Notes: generated from the letters alone by a model not told the origin. A stretch of 64,000 nt of DNA from Macrostomum lignano (GCA_002269645.1 NIVC01000006.1:496001-560000); one strand, 5' to 3'. Shown: positions 27,240-41,500, numbered from the stretch's first letter. Program-made: numbers and translations.

Positions 27240-30200
27240 ATGGAGAAAGTGCAGAAGCATGGAAGTGAAGCTACCGAGTCAGCTGGTTCCAATTTTTTTG
27301 TGGTGAGTACAAATATGTTTATTCCTGAAGATTGGCGACCCTATTCCACTTTAATAACTCGGAGATCCCAGATCGGAGATCCCAGATCGGAGATCCCAGA
27401 TCGGAGATCCCAGATCGGAGATCCCAGATCGGAGATCCCAGATCGGAGATCCCAGATCGGAGATCCCAGATCGGAGATCCCAGATCGGAGATCCCAGATC
27501 GGAGATCCCAGATCGGAGATCCCAGATCGGAGATCCCAGATCGGAGATCCCAGATCGGAGATCCCAGATCGGAGATCCCAGATCGGAGATCCCAGATCGG
27601 AGATCCCAGATCGGAGATCCCAGATCGGAGATCCCAGATCGGAGATCCCAGATCGGAGATCCCAGATCGGAGATCCCAGATCGGAGATCCCAGATCGGAG
27701 ATCCCAGATCGGAGATCCCAGATCGGAGATCCCAGATCGGAGATCCCAGATCGGAGATCCCAGATCGGAGATCCCAGATCGGAGATCCCAGATCGGAGAT
27801 CCCAGATCGGAGATCCCAGATCGGAGATCACAAAAGACAGCAGACCCACTGAAGAGACACTAAGCAGACCTTACTAAAGGATACACAGACAAGAGATCAA
27901 AATGAGACAGCAGAACCCACAGAAAAGGCATAGGATACAAACCTCAATTTAGGGAATTGACAATCCCAAAATACTCGCACCAGTCCCAGAAAGAGATGCA
28001 GCAGCTAGAAGATTCAGTCCGAACTCTCGCTTTCATTTCACGCAGACTCGCGCAGAAGCCACCAGCCAGAAGCAGCAATCCAAAACAGTGCAGAACAGAA
28101 GCACCAAGGAGGAGCCAGGCGACGAGGATCAGTTCTTCGACGCTTTGGAAGCTCCTTGTAAATATTCGGGCGATGCCAGCGGTGCGTCAGCACCGCCGCC
28201 TGCTGTCGAACGTCCGCTGCAGTCTCTTGAACACCCGTTAGCCCAAGAGATTCAAGCTGTCTGTCGGGCGCACTGGGACAGCTGGGGCGCCAGCACCGAC
28301 GGCATGGAGCTGCTGGAATCCGACGGACTGCTGCGGGTGTACCGGCATCGACTGGCTCAGTCAGGTTCGCGATGGTGTCGATGGTTGCCAACTATTCGGC
28401 ACATGATCAGACTTTCTAATCGTCAAGCACGTACTCTACTGGCCAATTTTTTAGCACAAGCCCACACCCCAAAATGAATGTGTCAGCGCACCGAATCAAA
28501 CCAGGGGTCGTGGCGCAGGGTCGCCATCATAAGCGCGCACTGGCACAAGCGCGCCTGTGTATTTTATGTCAAAGTCTGGCACAGGCGCGCAGAGACATAA
28601 GCGCGCACGTTTTGACTTGCACAAGAGCGCGGTAGAAAGTGCTCAGCATTGGCATAGGCGCGCACCATCACAAGACCGCACTGGCATAAGCGCGCAGTCA
28701 AAGTTTGGCACAAGCGGGCAATGCAATAAATAAAAGCAGTCAAGTTGCTCCATCGTCTGTCACAAAGTAGTCGATTGTATCTGTACAAAGGAAATCGAAT
28801 TAAAATTAAAAATTAAAATTAAAATTAAAGGCCGTGTCCCGGCATGTCTGGCTGCAAGTCGTGGTCTGGCTGCTGATGATGATCCAGCAATCCATCAGCA
28901 ATGTGCGACGTCAAAGTGAGCAATGCGCAGAAGGTTAGAGGCATAAAAAATTCCCGATAAATGTAGACGCCGTGCGTATAGACTACTGAGCCGATTCATT
29001 CCCCTTCGATTGGCTCCGTTGCGTTTCAAACACTCCAACTGCGACTGAGACTGAGTGCGTCTTATTTATCTAAGTCGCAGTATCTATCGACAGTGTACAT
29101 GCTTAGAATTGTGCCAACTGTGCCTCTGTTTACACCCTAACCCACCACCCCTTGTGCACTACAGCTTTGATTAAAATTTTTCTACACTATCAAGTCAGTC
29201 GCCAAATGAAGTGCGCGCTTGTGCCTTAGAGAGTAAATAATGCGCTCTTGCGCCAAAGTCTGACAGCGCGCTTATGCCACAGCGTGTCAAAAGTGCGCGC
29301 CTCTGCCAGTGCGCGCTTGTGCCAGTGCGCGCCTCTGCCAGTGCGCGCATGTGCCGCTGAGAGAGTCGGGCTAGTCTTCCTCAGGATCAGATTGCATGGG
29401 CTGGCACCAAGATACACTTTGCCTTTGTGCACAAATTAGGTTATTGTCGGCCTCAAAATTATGCAATACTGGCTATTAAAGAAATATTTTTATACATGTA
29501 TTTTGATTTACCTCTCGAATTTAACAAGTTATTGGTAGCACTTACATGTACCGGTTCGTATATTTAAGTTAATAGCGAATAGAATAGAATAGAATAGAAT
29601 AGAATAGAATAGAATAGAATAGAATAGAATAGAATAGAATAGAATAGAATAGAATAGAATAGAATAGAATAGAATAGAATAGAATAGAATAGAATAGAAT
29701 AGAATAGAATAGAATAGAATAGAATAGAATAGAATAGAATAGAATAGAATAGAATAGAATAGAATAGAATAGAATAGAATAGAATAGAATAGAATAGGAT
29801 AGAATAGAATAGAATAGAATAGAATAGAATATAATAGAATAGAATAGAATAAGATAGGATAGAATAGAATAGAATAGAATAGGATAGAACAGAATAGAAT
29901 AGAATAGAATAGAATAGAATAGAATATAATAGAATAGAATAGAATAGAATAGAATATAATATAATAGAATAGAATAGTACATAGTACATCTGTACCTCCA
30001 CTTAAGATGCCGCACTGGATCCTGTCCTTGCCACTTACACGGTTACCGGGGTGACGGCTCACGAAGTGGCCGAGATGTTCTGGAATCTGCAGTACCGCCT
30101 GGACTGGGAGCGAACTCTGGACTCGGCCCCGATCGTGCTGGACACCCTGGCCTCGGACACCCTGCTGCTGCACCAGATCTACAAGCGACTGTGGCCGACA

Positions 30201-30557
30201 GCTCAGCGCGACTCGGTGTTCTGGTCGCACATTCGGCACGCCGAACAACGGACGATGGTTGTGAACTGCAGCACGGAGGTCGGGGCGCCGCCGCTGGCTT
30301 CGGGCAGGCAGCGGATGCAGCTGAATGTGAGCCTGATCTGCGAGACCGAACTGCCAGAGGGTGGCCGTCTGCCAACAGAGCGAAGTCAGCTGCGCTGCCG
30401 GATGCAGTACTCGGCGAGGGTGCACCCTGGAGGCTGGGCGCCCAAAGCCATTATCAGGCAGGTGTCCAGACGCGAGTACCCGAGATTCCTGAGACGCTTT
30501 GCTGCATTCTGTGTGGAGCGCGTCAAGCACCAACCGGTCTCTCATTGCGTTCAGTGA
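27240..30557 (+). CDS. PH-less CERT-like protein (FFAT-like motif plus START), about 310 aa; tandem partial duplicate or alternative 3' module of CERT
   Basis: Phase-consistent exons 27240-27302 (putative first exon), 28046-28364, 30007-30557. DEDQFFDALE, HWDSWGASTDGMELLESDG, full START domain, same phase-1 intron position as in CERT. Confidence 0.78.
27360..27829. repeat. 14-bp minisatellite GGAGATCCCAGATC
   Basis: About 33 perfect copies in intron 1 of the CERT-like copy. Confidence 0.97.
28500..29360. mobile_element. Foldback-like element with inverted arrays of GGCA(C/T)AAGCGCGC motifs
   Basis: Motifs at 28525-28720 face their reverse complements at 29210-29355 (CTGGCATAAGCGCGCAGTCAAAGTTTGGCACAAG versus CTTGCGCCAAAGTCTGACAGCGCGCTTATGCCAC); termini and TSD not resolved. 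Confidence 0.5.
29574..29977. repeat. (AATAG)n microsatellite
   Basis: About 80 copies. Confidence 0.97.
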
Positions 30558-30834
30558 CCGGATTAGCTAACTCTTCTGCTTACCTGTCGCTCAAAGTGGA
30601 CAGGTTGCACCTGTTTATTCGCTAATGATGGCCGCACATTGACTTTTCTGTATCAGTTTTGTCTGATAACTCTATCATAAGCAGGACAAATATAACTTGA
30701 ATACATAGCTAGCTCTGGAGATGGACAATAGAAACCAATTGAGACATGCTGGTAAATGAGTAATAACTGGGAATTCCAATCAAATTTAAACAGCAAAAAC
30801 CAGCTCTCTATAGTCACTAAAACACGCACATCAT

Positions 30835-32045
30835 CCTGAGTCACAATAAGAGTGACAGCCATAGTCACAAAAAGGTTCACAGTCACAATACAAATCACAG
30901 TCACAATGAGAATCACAGACATAATAAGAGTCATATTCACAGTCACAATAAGAGTCACATTCACAGTCACATTAAGAGTCACATACAGACATAATAAGAG
31001 TCATATTCACAGTCACAATAAGAGTCACATTCACAGTCACATTAAGAGTCACACACAGACATAATAAGAGTCATATTCACAGTCACAATAAGAGTCACAT
31101 TCACAATCACAATAAAAGTCATATTCACAGTCACAATAAGAGTCATATTCACAGTCCTAATAAAAGTCATATTCACAGTCACAATAAGAATCACATTCAC
31201 AGTCAAAATAAGAGTCATATCAGACACAATTAGAATCAAAGCCACAGTCACAATAAGAGTCACATTCACAGTCACACTAAGAGTCACATTAACAGTCACA
31301 AAAAGAGTCAAATTTACAGTCACCATAAGAGTCACATTCACAGTCACAATAAGAGTCACATTCACAGTCACAATAATAGTCACATACAGACACTGAGAAT
31401 CAAAGTCACAGTCACAATAAGAGTCACATTCACAGTCACATTAAGAGTCACACACAGACATAATAAGAGTCATATTCACAGTCACAATAAGAGTCACATT
31501 CACAGTCACATTAAGAGTCACACACAGACATAATAAGAGTCATATTCACAGTCACAATAAGAGTCACATTCACAATCACAATAAAAGTCATATTCACAGT
31601 CACAATAAGAGTCATATTCACAGTCCTAATAAAAGTCATATTCACAGTCACAATAAGAATCACATTCACAGTCAAAATAAGAGTCATATCAGACACAATT
31701 AGAATCAAAGCCACAGTCACAATAAGAGTCACATTCACAGTCACACTAAGAGTCACATTCACAGTCACAAAAAGAGTCAAATTTACAGTCACAATAAGAG
31801 TCACATTCACAGTCACAATAAGAGTCACATTCACAGTCACAATAAGAGTCACATACAGACACAGTGAGAATCAAAGTCACAGTCACAATAAGAGTCACAT
31901 ACAGACACAATTAGAATCAAAGCCACAGTCACAATAAGAGTCACATTCACAGTCAAAATAAGAGTCACATCCACAGTCACAAAAAGAGTCAAATTTACAG
32001 TCACAATAAGAGTCACATCCACAGTCACAATGAGAATCACAAAAA
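30835..32045. repeat. ~24-bp satellite family (CACATTCACAGTCACAATAAGAGT), intergenic block
   Basis: Degenerate tandem array containing an internal block of about 470 bp duplicated (about 31040-31500 and 31510-31870). Confidence 0.9.
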
Positions 32046-32528
32046 TCAGTAGAAATAAAAAATATCTGAACGAACTTACCGCACAGTTTGGATAATTAAT
32101 TAGCAATTTTTTATTGTGCTACATTTGGGGGTGACGATTGAAGCTGATAAATTAATTTCTAATTAGCGCTAGCTACTGTAAAATGGATTAAATTATAATT
32201 TTAATGTATCTTGGGCAGGGCTGGTACATTATCATTAATTTGAAGGGTCATCAAATATATTAAAAAATAATTTTAGCTAACATGATTGGTTAGAAGTTTT
32301 ATGGGGTTTAGAAATCTGTAATGACAGTACCATATCTAGCTAGTAATATAAAACTTGGATTACAATAATCAAGTACTTTGGGCGAGACTGGCAGAACAAG
32401 CAGTTACCATAGCTAGATAATTTGCTAATGATTAATAACTAATGTATAGATAGCTTAGTTGCAGCCAAGAAATCTTCATATTTCCATGGCAAGTTTTCAC
32501 TAATTGATTTTCTAGAACACTTCTTCAC

Positions 32529-35500
32529 TCAAGGCCGGATGTCCGCCTCCAGCAGGCCACCGTTCTCGCTTCCGGGATCCGGAACCACCACGACCGGCTG
32601 CTCACAGTAGGCGCCCTTGAGCTCGGCCGAGTTGAACGACACCACGAATTTGCGCTGGCCGGCCCTGGCCGGGTTCAGTGTCAGAGAGCACTTGGCGGTT
32701 TGGCCCGGTGCCAAGTCGCTGTGGAAGTTTGTTTGAGGGTATGTGAGTGCATTGCTGTGTGAGCACTGATGCTTTAGATGCAAAGAATGGTACGCTAGTG
32801 CTTTCGTTGACTATTCACAATCACATCAAGAGTCACGTTCATTCGCAGTCACAATCAGAATCACATTCACAGTCACAATAAGAGTCACATTCATTCACAG
32901 TCACAATAAGAGTCACATTCATTCACAGTCACAATAAGAGTCACATTCACAGTCACATTAAGAGTCACATTCATTCACAGTCACAATCAGAATCATCACA
33001 TTCACAGTCACAATCAGAATCATCACATTGACGGTCACAATCAGAATCATCACATTCACAGTCACAATCAGAATCATCACATTCACAGTCACAATCAGAA
33101 TCATCACATTCACAGTCACAATCAGAATCATCACATTCACAGTCACAATCAGAATCATCACATTCACAGTCACAATCAGAATCATCACATTCACAGTCAC
33201 AATCAGAATCATAACATTCACAGTCACAATAAGAATCATCACATTCACAGTCACAATCAGAATCATCACATTCACAGTCACAATCAGAATCACATTCACA
33301 GTCACATTAAGAGTCGCATTCATTATTCACAGTCACAATCAGAATCATCACATTCACAGTCACAATAACAGTCACATTCATTCACAGTCACAATCAGAAT
33401 CATCACATTCACAGTCACAATCAGAATCATCACATTCACAGTCACAATAACAGTCACATTCATTCACAGTCACAATCAGAATCACATTCACAGTCACAAT
33501 AAGAGTCACATTCACAGTCACATTTAGAGTCACATTCATTCACAGTCCCAATCAGAATCATATTCACAGTCACAATAAGAGTCACATTCATTCACAGTCA
33601 CAATCAGAATCATCACATTCACAGTCACAATAACAGTCACATTCATTCACAGTCACAATCAGAATCATCACATTCACAGTCACAATCAGAATCATCACAT
33701 TCACAGTCACAATAACAGTCACATTCATTCACAGTCACAATCAGAATCACATTCACAGTCACAATAAGAGTCACATTCACAGTCACATTTAGAGTCACAT
33801 TCATTCACAGTCCCAATCAGAATCATATTCACAGTCACAATAAGAGTCACATTCATTCACAGTCACAATCAGAATCATCACATTCACAGTCACAATAACA
33901 GTCACATTCATTCACAGTCACAATCAGAATCATCACATTCACAGTCACAATCAGAATCATCACATTCACAGTCACAATAACAGTCACATTCATTCACAGT
34001 CACAATCAGAATCACATTCACAGTCACAATAAGAGTCACATTCACAGTCACATTTAGAGTCACATTCATTCACAGTCCCAATCAGAATCATATTCACAGT
34101 CACAATAAGAGTCACATTCATTTACAGTCACAATAAGAGCCACGGCCACAGTCACACTAAGCGTAATAACACAAAGATATGCAAACTTACTGAGGCTACA
34201 CAGGGCTACTTGGCAGGTTTTACATGGGTTTTTCATGCTCTATACTGCTAATAGTAGTGCAACAGAGGCCTCACCTGACCGGATAGTCAGCCAGCTGGCC
34301 GCGAAGGCCTGGACCGTCAACTGAGAAGGCGCAGCCGGTGAGGTTGATCGGCAGCGGATTCATGAATGAGCAGTTCAGACGGAAGTCCTTGTTCTGCTTC
34401 AGCTCGCCCGTCAGCTGAAATAATCAAATCATACTACTTTAAAAATTGTATCCCAGATAAAAATCAAATAGAAAAAATCATTTTGTTATGTACTCACTTC
34501 GATGAGCACATCAGGCCGAGTCACGTGGATGATAGACTGGGACACTTGCTTGCGACCATCCGCGTCTGTCAGCACAGCGACAATCTCGAAGCCGAACTCT
34601 TCGGTACCACAGTCTTTCACGTAGTCCTCGGCGGCTACGGAGAGCTTCATGGTCTTGGCTGTGGGGGAAGATGGTTAAAATCAATAGAAAGAGTAGACAA
34701 TGACTGAATCAGAACTTTACGGTCCAGCCAGACAAGCAAAAGTCTTACTAGCTCCAGCACGGATGTTCAGCGAATCCTTCTCTTGTTTAACAGTGCCCAT
34801 AATGTGGCCATTGTACTTCTTAATAGTCACGGTGGCCGTGTACTGGAGTTGCACCACCTGTTTAGATTGGTTGCTCATCTCCAGGCCAATATCCAGGTTG
34901 CTGCCGAACAGGCAGGTGTTGGGCGCGTTCAGACTCAACCGGATGTAGCGCTCCTTAGCGGCGTCGTTTGTCCTGTCGCAGGCGGCCACGTTGAGCTGAC
35001 TCTCGGCGCACTTGAATGCCTCCTCCTCCTCCGGGGTGCCTTCGTTGTACTTGTACTGGTGTGTCACGTCCTGGCGCTCGTCGGAGCCGACAGCTTTGGT
35101 GCTGATGCTCTGGCCGACTTTGCGCGGATCGGAGAAGATCTCCTTCCGGCTGCCGTCCTTGCCGATCGCCCAGTGCTTGATGCAGGCGTTCACCTCGGCG
35201 AAAACGAACTTGCCGTCGAACTGCAGGTTAACCAAGCCGCGTTTAATAGCGTTGAGCGAGCAGGGCCCGGTCTGGTAGATGTCCTCGCTGGTCTCCTGCG
35301 GAGTGGCATCGATGGCCTGCCAGCCGTCGAATTCGCCGTTCTCAGCCAGATCGGGCCGGCGCATCCAGAGGTCGTTCCACACGTGGAAGTTCCTGCCACG
35401 TCAAGGTTTCAAGCGCATTTAGTTTTTTGGTTGCTTGTTCTATCCGGGTGTAGCTTGGTTGATTAGGATTCAACTATCTTCTAAACTACTTCGTGTCTGC

Positions 35501-38500
35501 CTATGGGCTACGTTGGCTTCATTGACTAAAATCCTACTATTACACACTTATTACCATACATGGAAGAGCATACACCGTGTGTGTGAAAGTGACAATGACC
35601 CTCCATCGTTTAACGTTTTCAGTTAGACTGCAGAGCTGCAACTCACCAGACCGAATCGGAGTTCCGGTCCGTAATCGGCATGTACGAGTCGTCGAAATAG
35701 TTGTCGACGGTCAGATTGGCGTCCGTGTCGTGGGCCGAGTCGAAGTTGGTGACGCTGCGACACGGGATGCCCAGGGAACGAGCGACTACAATTTTTGTTA
35801 TCGTTTTTTTTTTAAATTTCTTTAAGTCGGTAGTTACATATTCTAAAGAAGTCCTAGGATAAACTTTAAATAGATGGCATAATAATCGATCAACATTGCT
35901 GCTGGCGCAGGTAACTCACGCGATGTCATGCAGCCGGAGAAGACCCAGCACTGACCGAACTGCACCGGAGTCTGAGTGCGGAAGTACTCCTCAATGATGC
36001 GTAGGCTGCCCTTCCACTCGGTGGGCGCCACGCCTCCGCTGTAGTTGCCAGACCAGTTGCCAACTAGAAGTCCATCGTCATCAACGTTGTTGACCATGGC
36101 GGACAGGGTGCGCGCAACCAGGACCGGATCGCCCCAGTTCTCCCACTTCAGGCTGGACTTGGCCAGCAGCAGCAGGGCGCAAGAGAGGACCGGGTTTTCG
36201 AACTGGGTTTGGAATTGATGGAATTGCTTGGTTTGAGAATTGAGAATTCATCAATAAAGACTTTGATGCTCCTAACAATGCGATCTGTCAGGTATTTTAT
36301 TCGACACCTTCTAACGTATTTGTCAAGGTATCTGAAGAGCTATCGAAATGAGTAGTCAAAGAGGCATTCTGTGAGGTATCTCTTAAGATAAGCTATGAGG
36401 CATATTGTAAAGTATCACTTGAGGTATTGGAAAAGTATCTGAATAAGTGTCTTATGAAGTATTTAAAGAAATATCTTGTGAGACATCTTATGAGATAGGT
36501 TGAAAGTCATTTGAGGAGGTGTCCAAATGAGGTATCTGGAAAGGTACGTTTACGGGTGAAACATAGCTGGCATAGTGTAAAACATTTTTTTATTTTGTGA
36601 CATATCTCTTTGCAGTTAACTTAATTTGTTTTAGTCAGCGCGAAAACCGTTGCTTGCAGGCGGAGTTTTCAAGTACTGAAATTTATTGCTGACACCGTGC
36701 AACCAAAGATCTAGGGGTCGTACTATAAAGCTGTCGTAGCGTAAGTTCGATCGTACGTCGGAACTTTTACACTGCGGAGATAGGAGCTAAGAACGATCTT
36801 ATCTTACGCTGGCTTTATAGAACGGGCCCCTAATCTGTGAAGTGCCTTAATCTATTCTACGGCAGACAGAACGCATCCAAGCGAGCTGTGCGCGAAATTC
36901 CACGGGCAACTTTTCTGACGCGATCTCTTAGCGCCGTCATGTGAAATGGAAAACTACTGGCACTTTCCTAAGCGGCTGCCGTGTCATGGAATAAAAAAAA
37001 CCCGTCATTTTCTTTTTCAGACAATAGGAACTATAGGAGCGTTTCATCCCGCAAATTCGATACTCGAGAAGCTAATAATCTACCTGGGCAAAGTACCAGG
37101 GGCGACTGCCGATTTTCCTGGACGAGCCAAAGTACACGCGACCCTCATCCTGCAGCACGTACTCCTGACGCTCATCTTCCTTAGTCATGTAGACCAGATC
37201 GTCTAAAGAGGTTGGGCAAGAGTCGGGAGGTTGTGGGTGACTGTGGCAGAGCCTTCTACCGAAATTGCGTACACTTGCCAAGGACTACAGGTAGTGCGAA
37301 TATGTACATGTAACACGTCCAAATTTATGAACAACTAATTTAGGAGGACGTTTGACGGGAAGTTGATCGCTTACTCCTACCTTCGTGAAACGGATTGAAG
37401 ATTAGGTAGATGGGGAAGTTGATCTCGGTTGAGAAGTACTCGTTGCGGCTGCGCCAGACGCTCACCCCGGTGATGTTGTACTTGGACACCACGGCGTTGA
37501 CTCGGCTATAAAAAATCACCGTGACGGTGCGCTTGTCGGCTTTTTGAATCACCTGAAGGTGGCAATTTCGATTCGAAGATAGAACAATTGTAAACTATCA
37601 AAAATTGCTATTAACTATAAAGTAAACAAGCAAAAACGTTCCAATTGAAACGAGTCCGTTTTTGCATATAACAAAACTCACCCGAAATATTTGAATCGGC
37701 GCTGAATTCGTGTCGTCCAGTAAAAACTTGCGAGGACTCTGAAGTTGTGGGTTTGTGCTTTGTTTTACAATATAGTTTTTTGTAGCCTAATATTTGCCAA
37801 CCCAGAGGCATTTTAACCGTAGCCATAGGTATTAGTTGTCAGCTTAACTGGTCATTCACTAAGGGGTGACTCAAGCAGCTGTGTACTAACCGCAGTCATC
37901 TCTCCTTAACTTCGCCGTGCCAGCCCCAAAGCTGCAAAGACACTGCAGTAGCAGTCCGACTGCTAATCGACCACTAGGCTACCGCATAACAGGTGTCCAT
38001 AACAAGTTTTCCAAAACGGAAAGATGTTGTCCTTAGTAATCAATTGTCTGCTTGAAAATATTATATAGTAGCCCAGAGATCAATGACGTAAGAGAATTGC
38101 CCAACAAGAGACACCAGTTAATGCAGAATCTACCCATGGACAAGTTCAAATACAAGAAGACACGCTTTCAACGCACCTCCTTGACCTTCCATTGGAACTT
38201 GAGATGCTCAGCCCCATAATCTTCGGCGGCCAGGTGCACAGTCAGCAAGTCGTAATCGTCAATATCGTTGTTGAATCGAAAGTCCAAACGGAACGGAGCG
38301 CCGCGACGAACAACCAGGCCGGTGTGCTCGGTGTTGATGTCGTACTGCTCAGTGTAGTGATGGAACCCGTTGTGCCGGAAGTGGGGGTTCACGCCCAGCA
38401 GTTTGATCGGCTTCTCGGCTGCTCGGTAAGGATAAAAAAGGTAAGTGATGAAGTTAATTAATCAAGAGCTCACACCTTATCGTCTCGTTGTTACAACTAC

Positions 38501-38537
38501 GATAGTGTTCTTTACCTGCGCTCAAAATGTCTGTCAT
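32529..38537 (-). CDS. TGM: Protein-glutamine gamma-glutamyltransferase (transglutaminase), 10 coding exons
   Basis: Phase-consistent exons 38516-38537, 38177-38418 (or 38421), 37381-37552, 37084-37202, 35920-36202, 35647-35785, 34749-35392, 34498-34658, 34275-34414, 32529-32718. LVVRRGAPF, YLIFNPF, ERQEYVL, catalytic FGQCWVFSG, RSVTNFDSAHDTD, WNFHVWND, GWQAIDATPQE, C-terminal beta-barrels (FMNPLPINLTG). Confidence 0.95.
32815..34155. repeat. ~24-27 bp satellite (CACATTCACAGTCACAATCAGAATCAT) in the last transglutaminase intron
   Basis: Same family as 30835-32045. Confidence 0.9.
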
Positions 38538-41500
38538 AATCTTCAAATCCTTGAACTTTTTCTCACCTCACCTCCTCTTCCTATTGCTCGTTAAGTCACT
38601 CTACAGATTTGTACACTTTAGGGAGCGAAGTTCTGCACCTGATTTTGTGGATCTTGGTCATCGACAAAATCCTCAGAACCAATTTGAAAGTAAAGAAGAC
38701 ACGCTTAGTGTTTTAAAAAGATGCCCGGATGAAATCAGTGCCATGAGTGACCCAGTTTGTATAATTATCTAAGAAATGACTTACCAACAGCCGGGTTAAC
38801 TTGGGGGATTCTGCAGCTCAGAATCATATTACTCAATGTAATTTTTTCTTTAGTTTCGGAAGAAACAGAGCAGAATGAGCAACTAGCGATGCAGGTGGTG
38901 TTTCGAACGGAACGGTAGAAAAACGGGGCAAACGAAAATATTGAGTATTGATTGACAAAGTCTAAGTTTTTGTTGTTAACAGCGACTCCTTTTTATTATA
39001 ATAATTATTGTTAGTCGCGGCGAATATGTGATTTCTTCTTCGTTTGGTGAGGCTGTAGGCGGCTCGGCTTCTGATCGTCATGCGGCAGTCTGTGTTCAAA
39101 GTTATGGTCGATGCAAAAACGCTTAAGGGTGTTCACCTACTGAATGGTGAGACTGCAGCTTTGCTTGAAAGCGATATGCTTAAGAAAGTCTCTAGAGACA
39201 CTTCTCTCTGTGGTGGCTCTTTTATTTTCTGGGAGCTTAAGGATAGCTGCTAGCAATGGCTGGTTGACTAAATGACCAAAAAACTGGTTTGAGTCGGAGT
39301 TGTTGTTTGTAAACGTGAACGCTGCTGTCTGGCTGTGAAAATGGTAGGCTTGATTAAAACTTGTCTCTTCTATCTGACTGCGATTGCCGGTTATGTGCAC
39401 CCGTAGCGACCATGCGGGGCCCACAAGGGAATTAACCAGATTAAGCCAGCTGATAACAAAGTCACGCCCGCATGTTGCAAAACTGCACCATGTTCGGCTG
39501 CATGTCTATTTAATCTATACATACTTGAAATTTTCTAGTTAGCTAGTGAACCAAAGTCACATGACCTGTGCTGTAAACCTTTCGAATGTTTTTCACTGTA
39601 AGAATTCTTTATTTGGCTGCAAATAGTGATAAGAATTGGGGTTAGAATTTTCAATTAGCAAGTAGGACCGAGATGCAATACAATTCTTACCTGCACTCAT
39701 TTTGACTTGCATTGCAATAATTGAATTATTAAATATTCGCCCTTGAACTAAGCAGACTCTGCCAGCTGTTGATGTCGTGCTGCTGTGATTCTTCTATCAG
39801 ACAATAACCAGCCAAATTTATAAGCCTCTGAGCAGATTCTGGTGTGCAGGTCGGCTCATTGTGCTGCGGTGTAGGCTGTCTGCTCAAACTTTTCTTAGCC
39901 ATGGCACAAAAAGGCATTCGACTGTAGATGAAGGCTGGGAGAGCCGAGTCATGCTTGGTTGACTGAAGCAACTCTACAGCCCTAAGAGTCTTAAACCTGT
40001 ATAGTTATGCAGAAGAATGGAAGAGGCTAGCAAAACAATACTCTATATTTCTTTCTCCATCTGCAAAATCTCTGTCTATACTTGAGCTCTGAATACACCT
40101 GCATGCGGTTCATTCATTGTGCGACACTGTGTTTCAACCCCGTGTGTGCGCCCCGGGGCAGAGCGGACTTCGAGATGCTGGACTGCGTGGCTACTTCTGT
40201 AGCAAAATAGGTCTCAAAGCTGTCTGCTCGACCCATACTCAGAAGAAGTCCATCTCTTCTTCTTACCCAACATTCGCCCCCTTCCTAGCTTTCAACTCAT
40301 AACTCAACTGAAGACGTGCAAAACAAATTTTACAAGCAATTTGCGCACGTGTTTCTAAGCGAGACCGGTTCTTTCAATTATTGTGAAATAGCTATCTAGG
40401 CATTTGAGCTGCTTGTCACAGTTAAAATAGCCCTAAGGCTATAGATTCTGTTGACGCAGTGTGTTATTGTGCATCTCAGAGAACACAATTTGCAATCGAG
40501 TCCATAATCTTGAGTTATAAACAGCCATTGATTGGATAGTACGTAGTTTAAATTTTGGTATCGAGCTTATTCCTTTCATCCAGTAGTTTTCAAAATAAAA
40601 AATTAAACGCAACACAGTGCTCGGTTATAAGTCAATTATAAGCTTTCACCGCAAACCAAAATTGGTCTCATATACGCTTAGCAATATACCTAGCTATACA
40701 AACGCTTTTGAGCAGCAATCTAGCTAGTAGAGTTTTAGTGCATTATGATTATGAAACCGTGTTTAGGTTGAAAGTGCTGAAACTATAGGAAAATATCCAT
40801 GTCGAAAACGATCAATATAGGAATTGAATTAATAATAAATTCAATCATAACTGGCTCAGTTATCTAAAGCGTGCAGTGCTCAGAAAAAACTGATTGAGGA
40901 GTGCGTCAGCGCGACTAATTCGTAAACTTGGGAACTTGAAGGTGCGAAAATTTGATTTTTGTGACATGCCAGAAAAATAGTTGAATTTTTGCTTTAATTT
41001 TTTTCGAGCTAAATTTTATATTAGAACCGCAGGCGCGGCTTTTACGACTAAAAATGACGCGATGATGGCAAAAGTGACTGAGGTCGTGCATTTGAGGGCA
41101 TGGAATTTAATAAGATGGCACATTATTACAACAAACAAATGATTGCTAATTTAATCAGCCACATCCTCAAATTTCAGTTTGGAAAAGTTTCTTATGAAAT
41201 GAGTAAACGAATGAAAGTTGCCGGATCGGTCGACACGCGACTCCTCGAGGGCTACGGAATTTCTGTAGCGTTTTGAACGCGCACAGCGAAATTCGAAATT
41301 CGAACTTTTTTGTGGTATAGCTTAGATGATTGTTCGGAAAACTTCTGACGCGTAAATATCTGTCGGTAACAATGAGTAAATACGATTGCATGCAAAATAA
41401 TTTCTTCATAGCTATGTATGATTCATGTCATTTAAGACTGATATAAACCTATACGTTTCTTGTCACGGCGTCCAGTACATGTACTTCGTATTTCAAAGTA

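Noticed and set aside
27219-27877. RSQIGDPRSEIPDR repeat proteins
   Set aside because: 14-bp intronic array; only the first 21 codons before the GTGAGT donor are plausibly coding.
29529-30545. 338-aa minus-strand ORF with an ILFYS tail
   Set aside because: Antisense of the START exon running into (AATAG)n.
38418-38423. NAGNAG tandem acceptor (GAG CAG) in transglutaminase exon 2
   Set aside because: Real in the sequence but would change only one Ala near the N-terminus; GAG acceptors are weak, so of little consequence.
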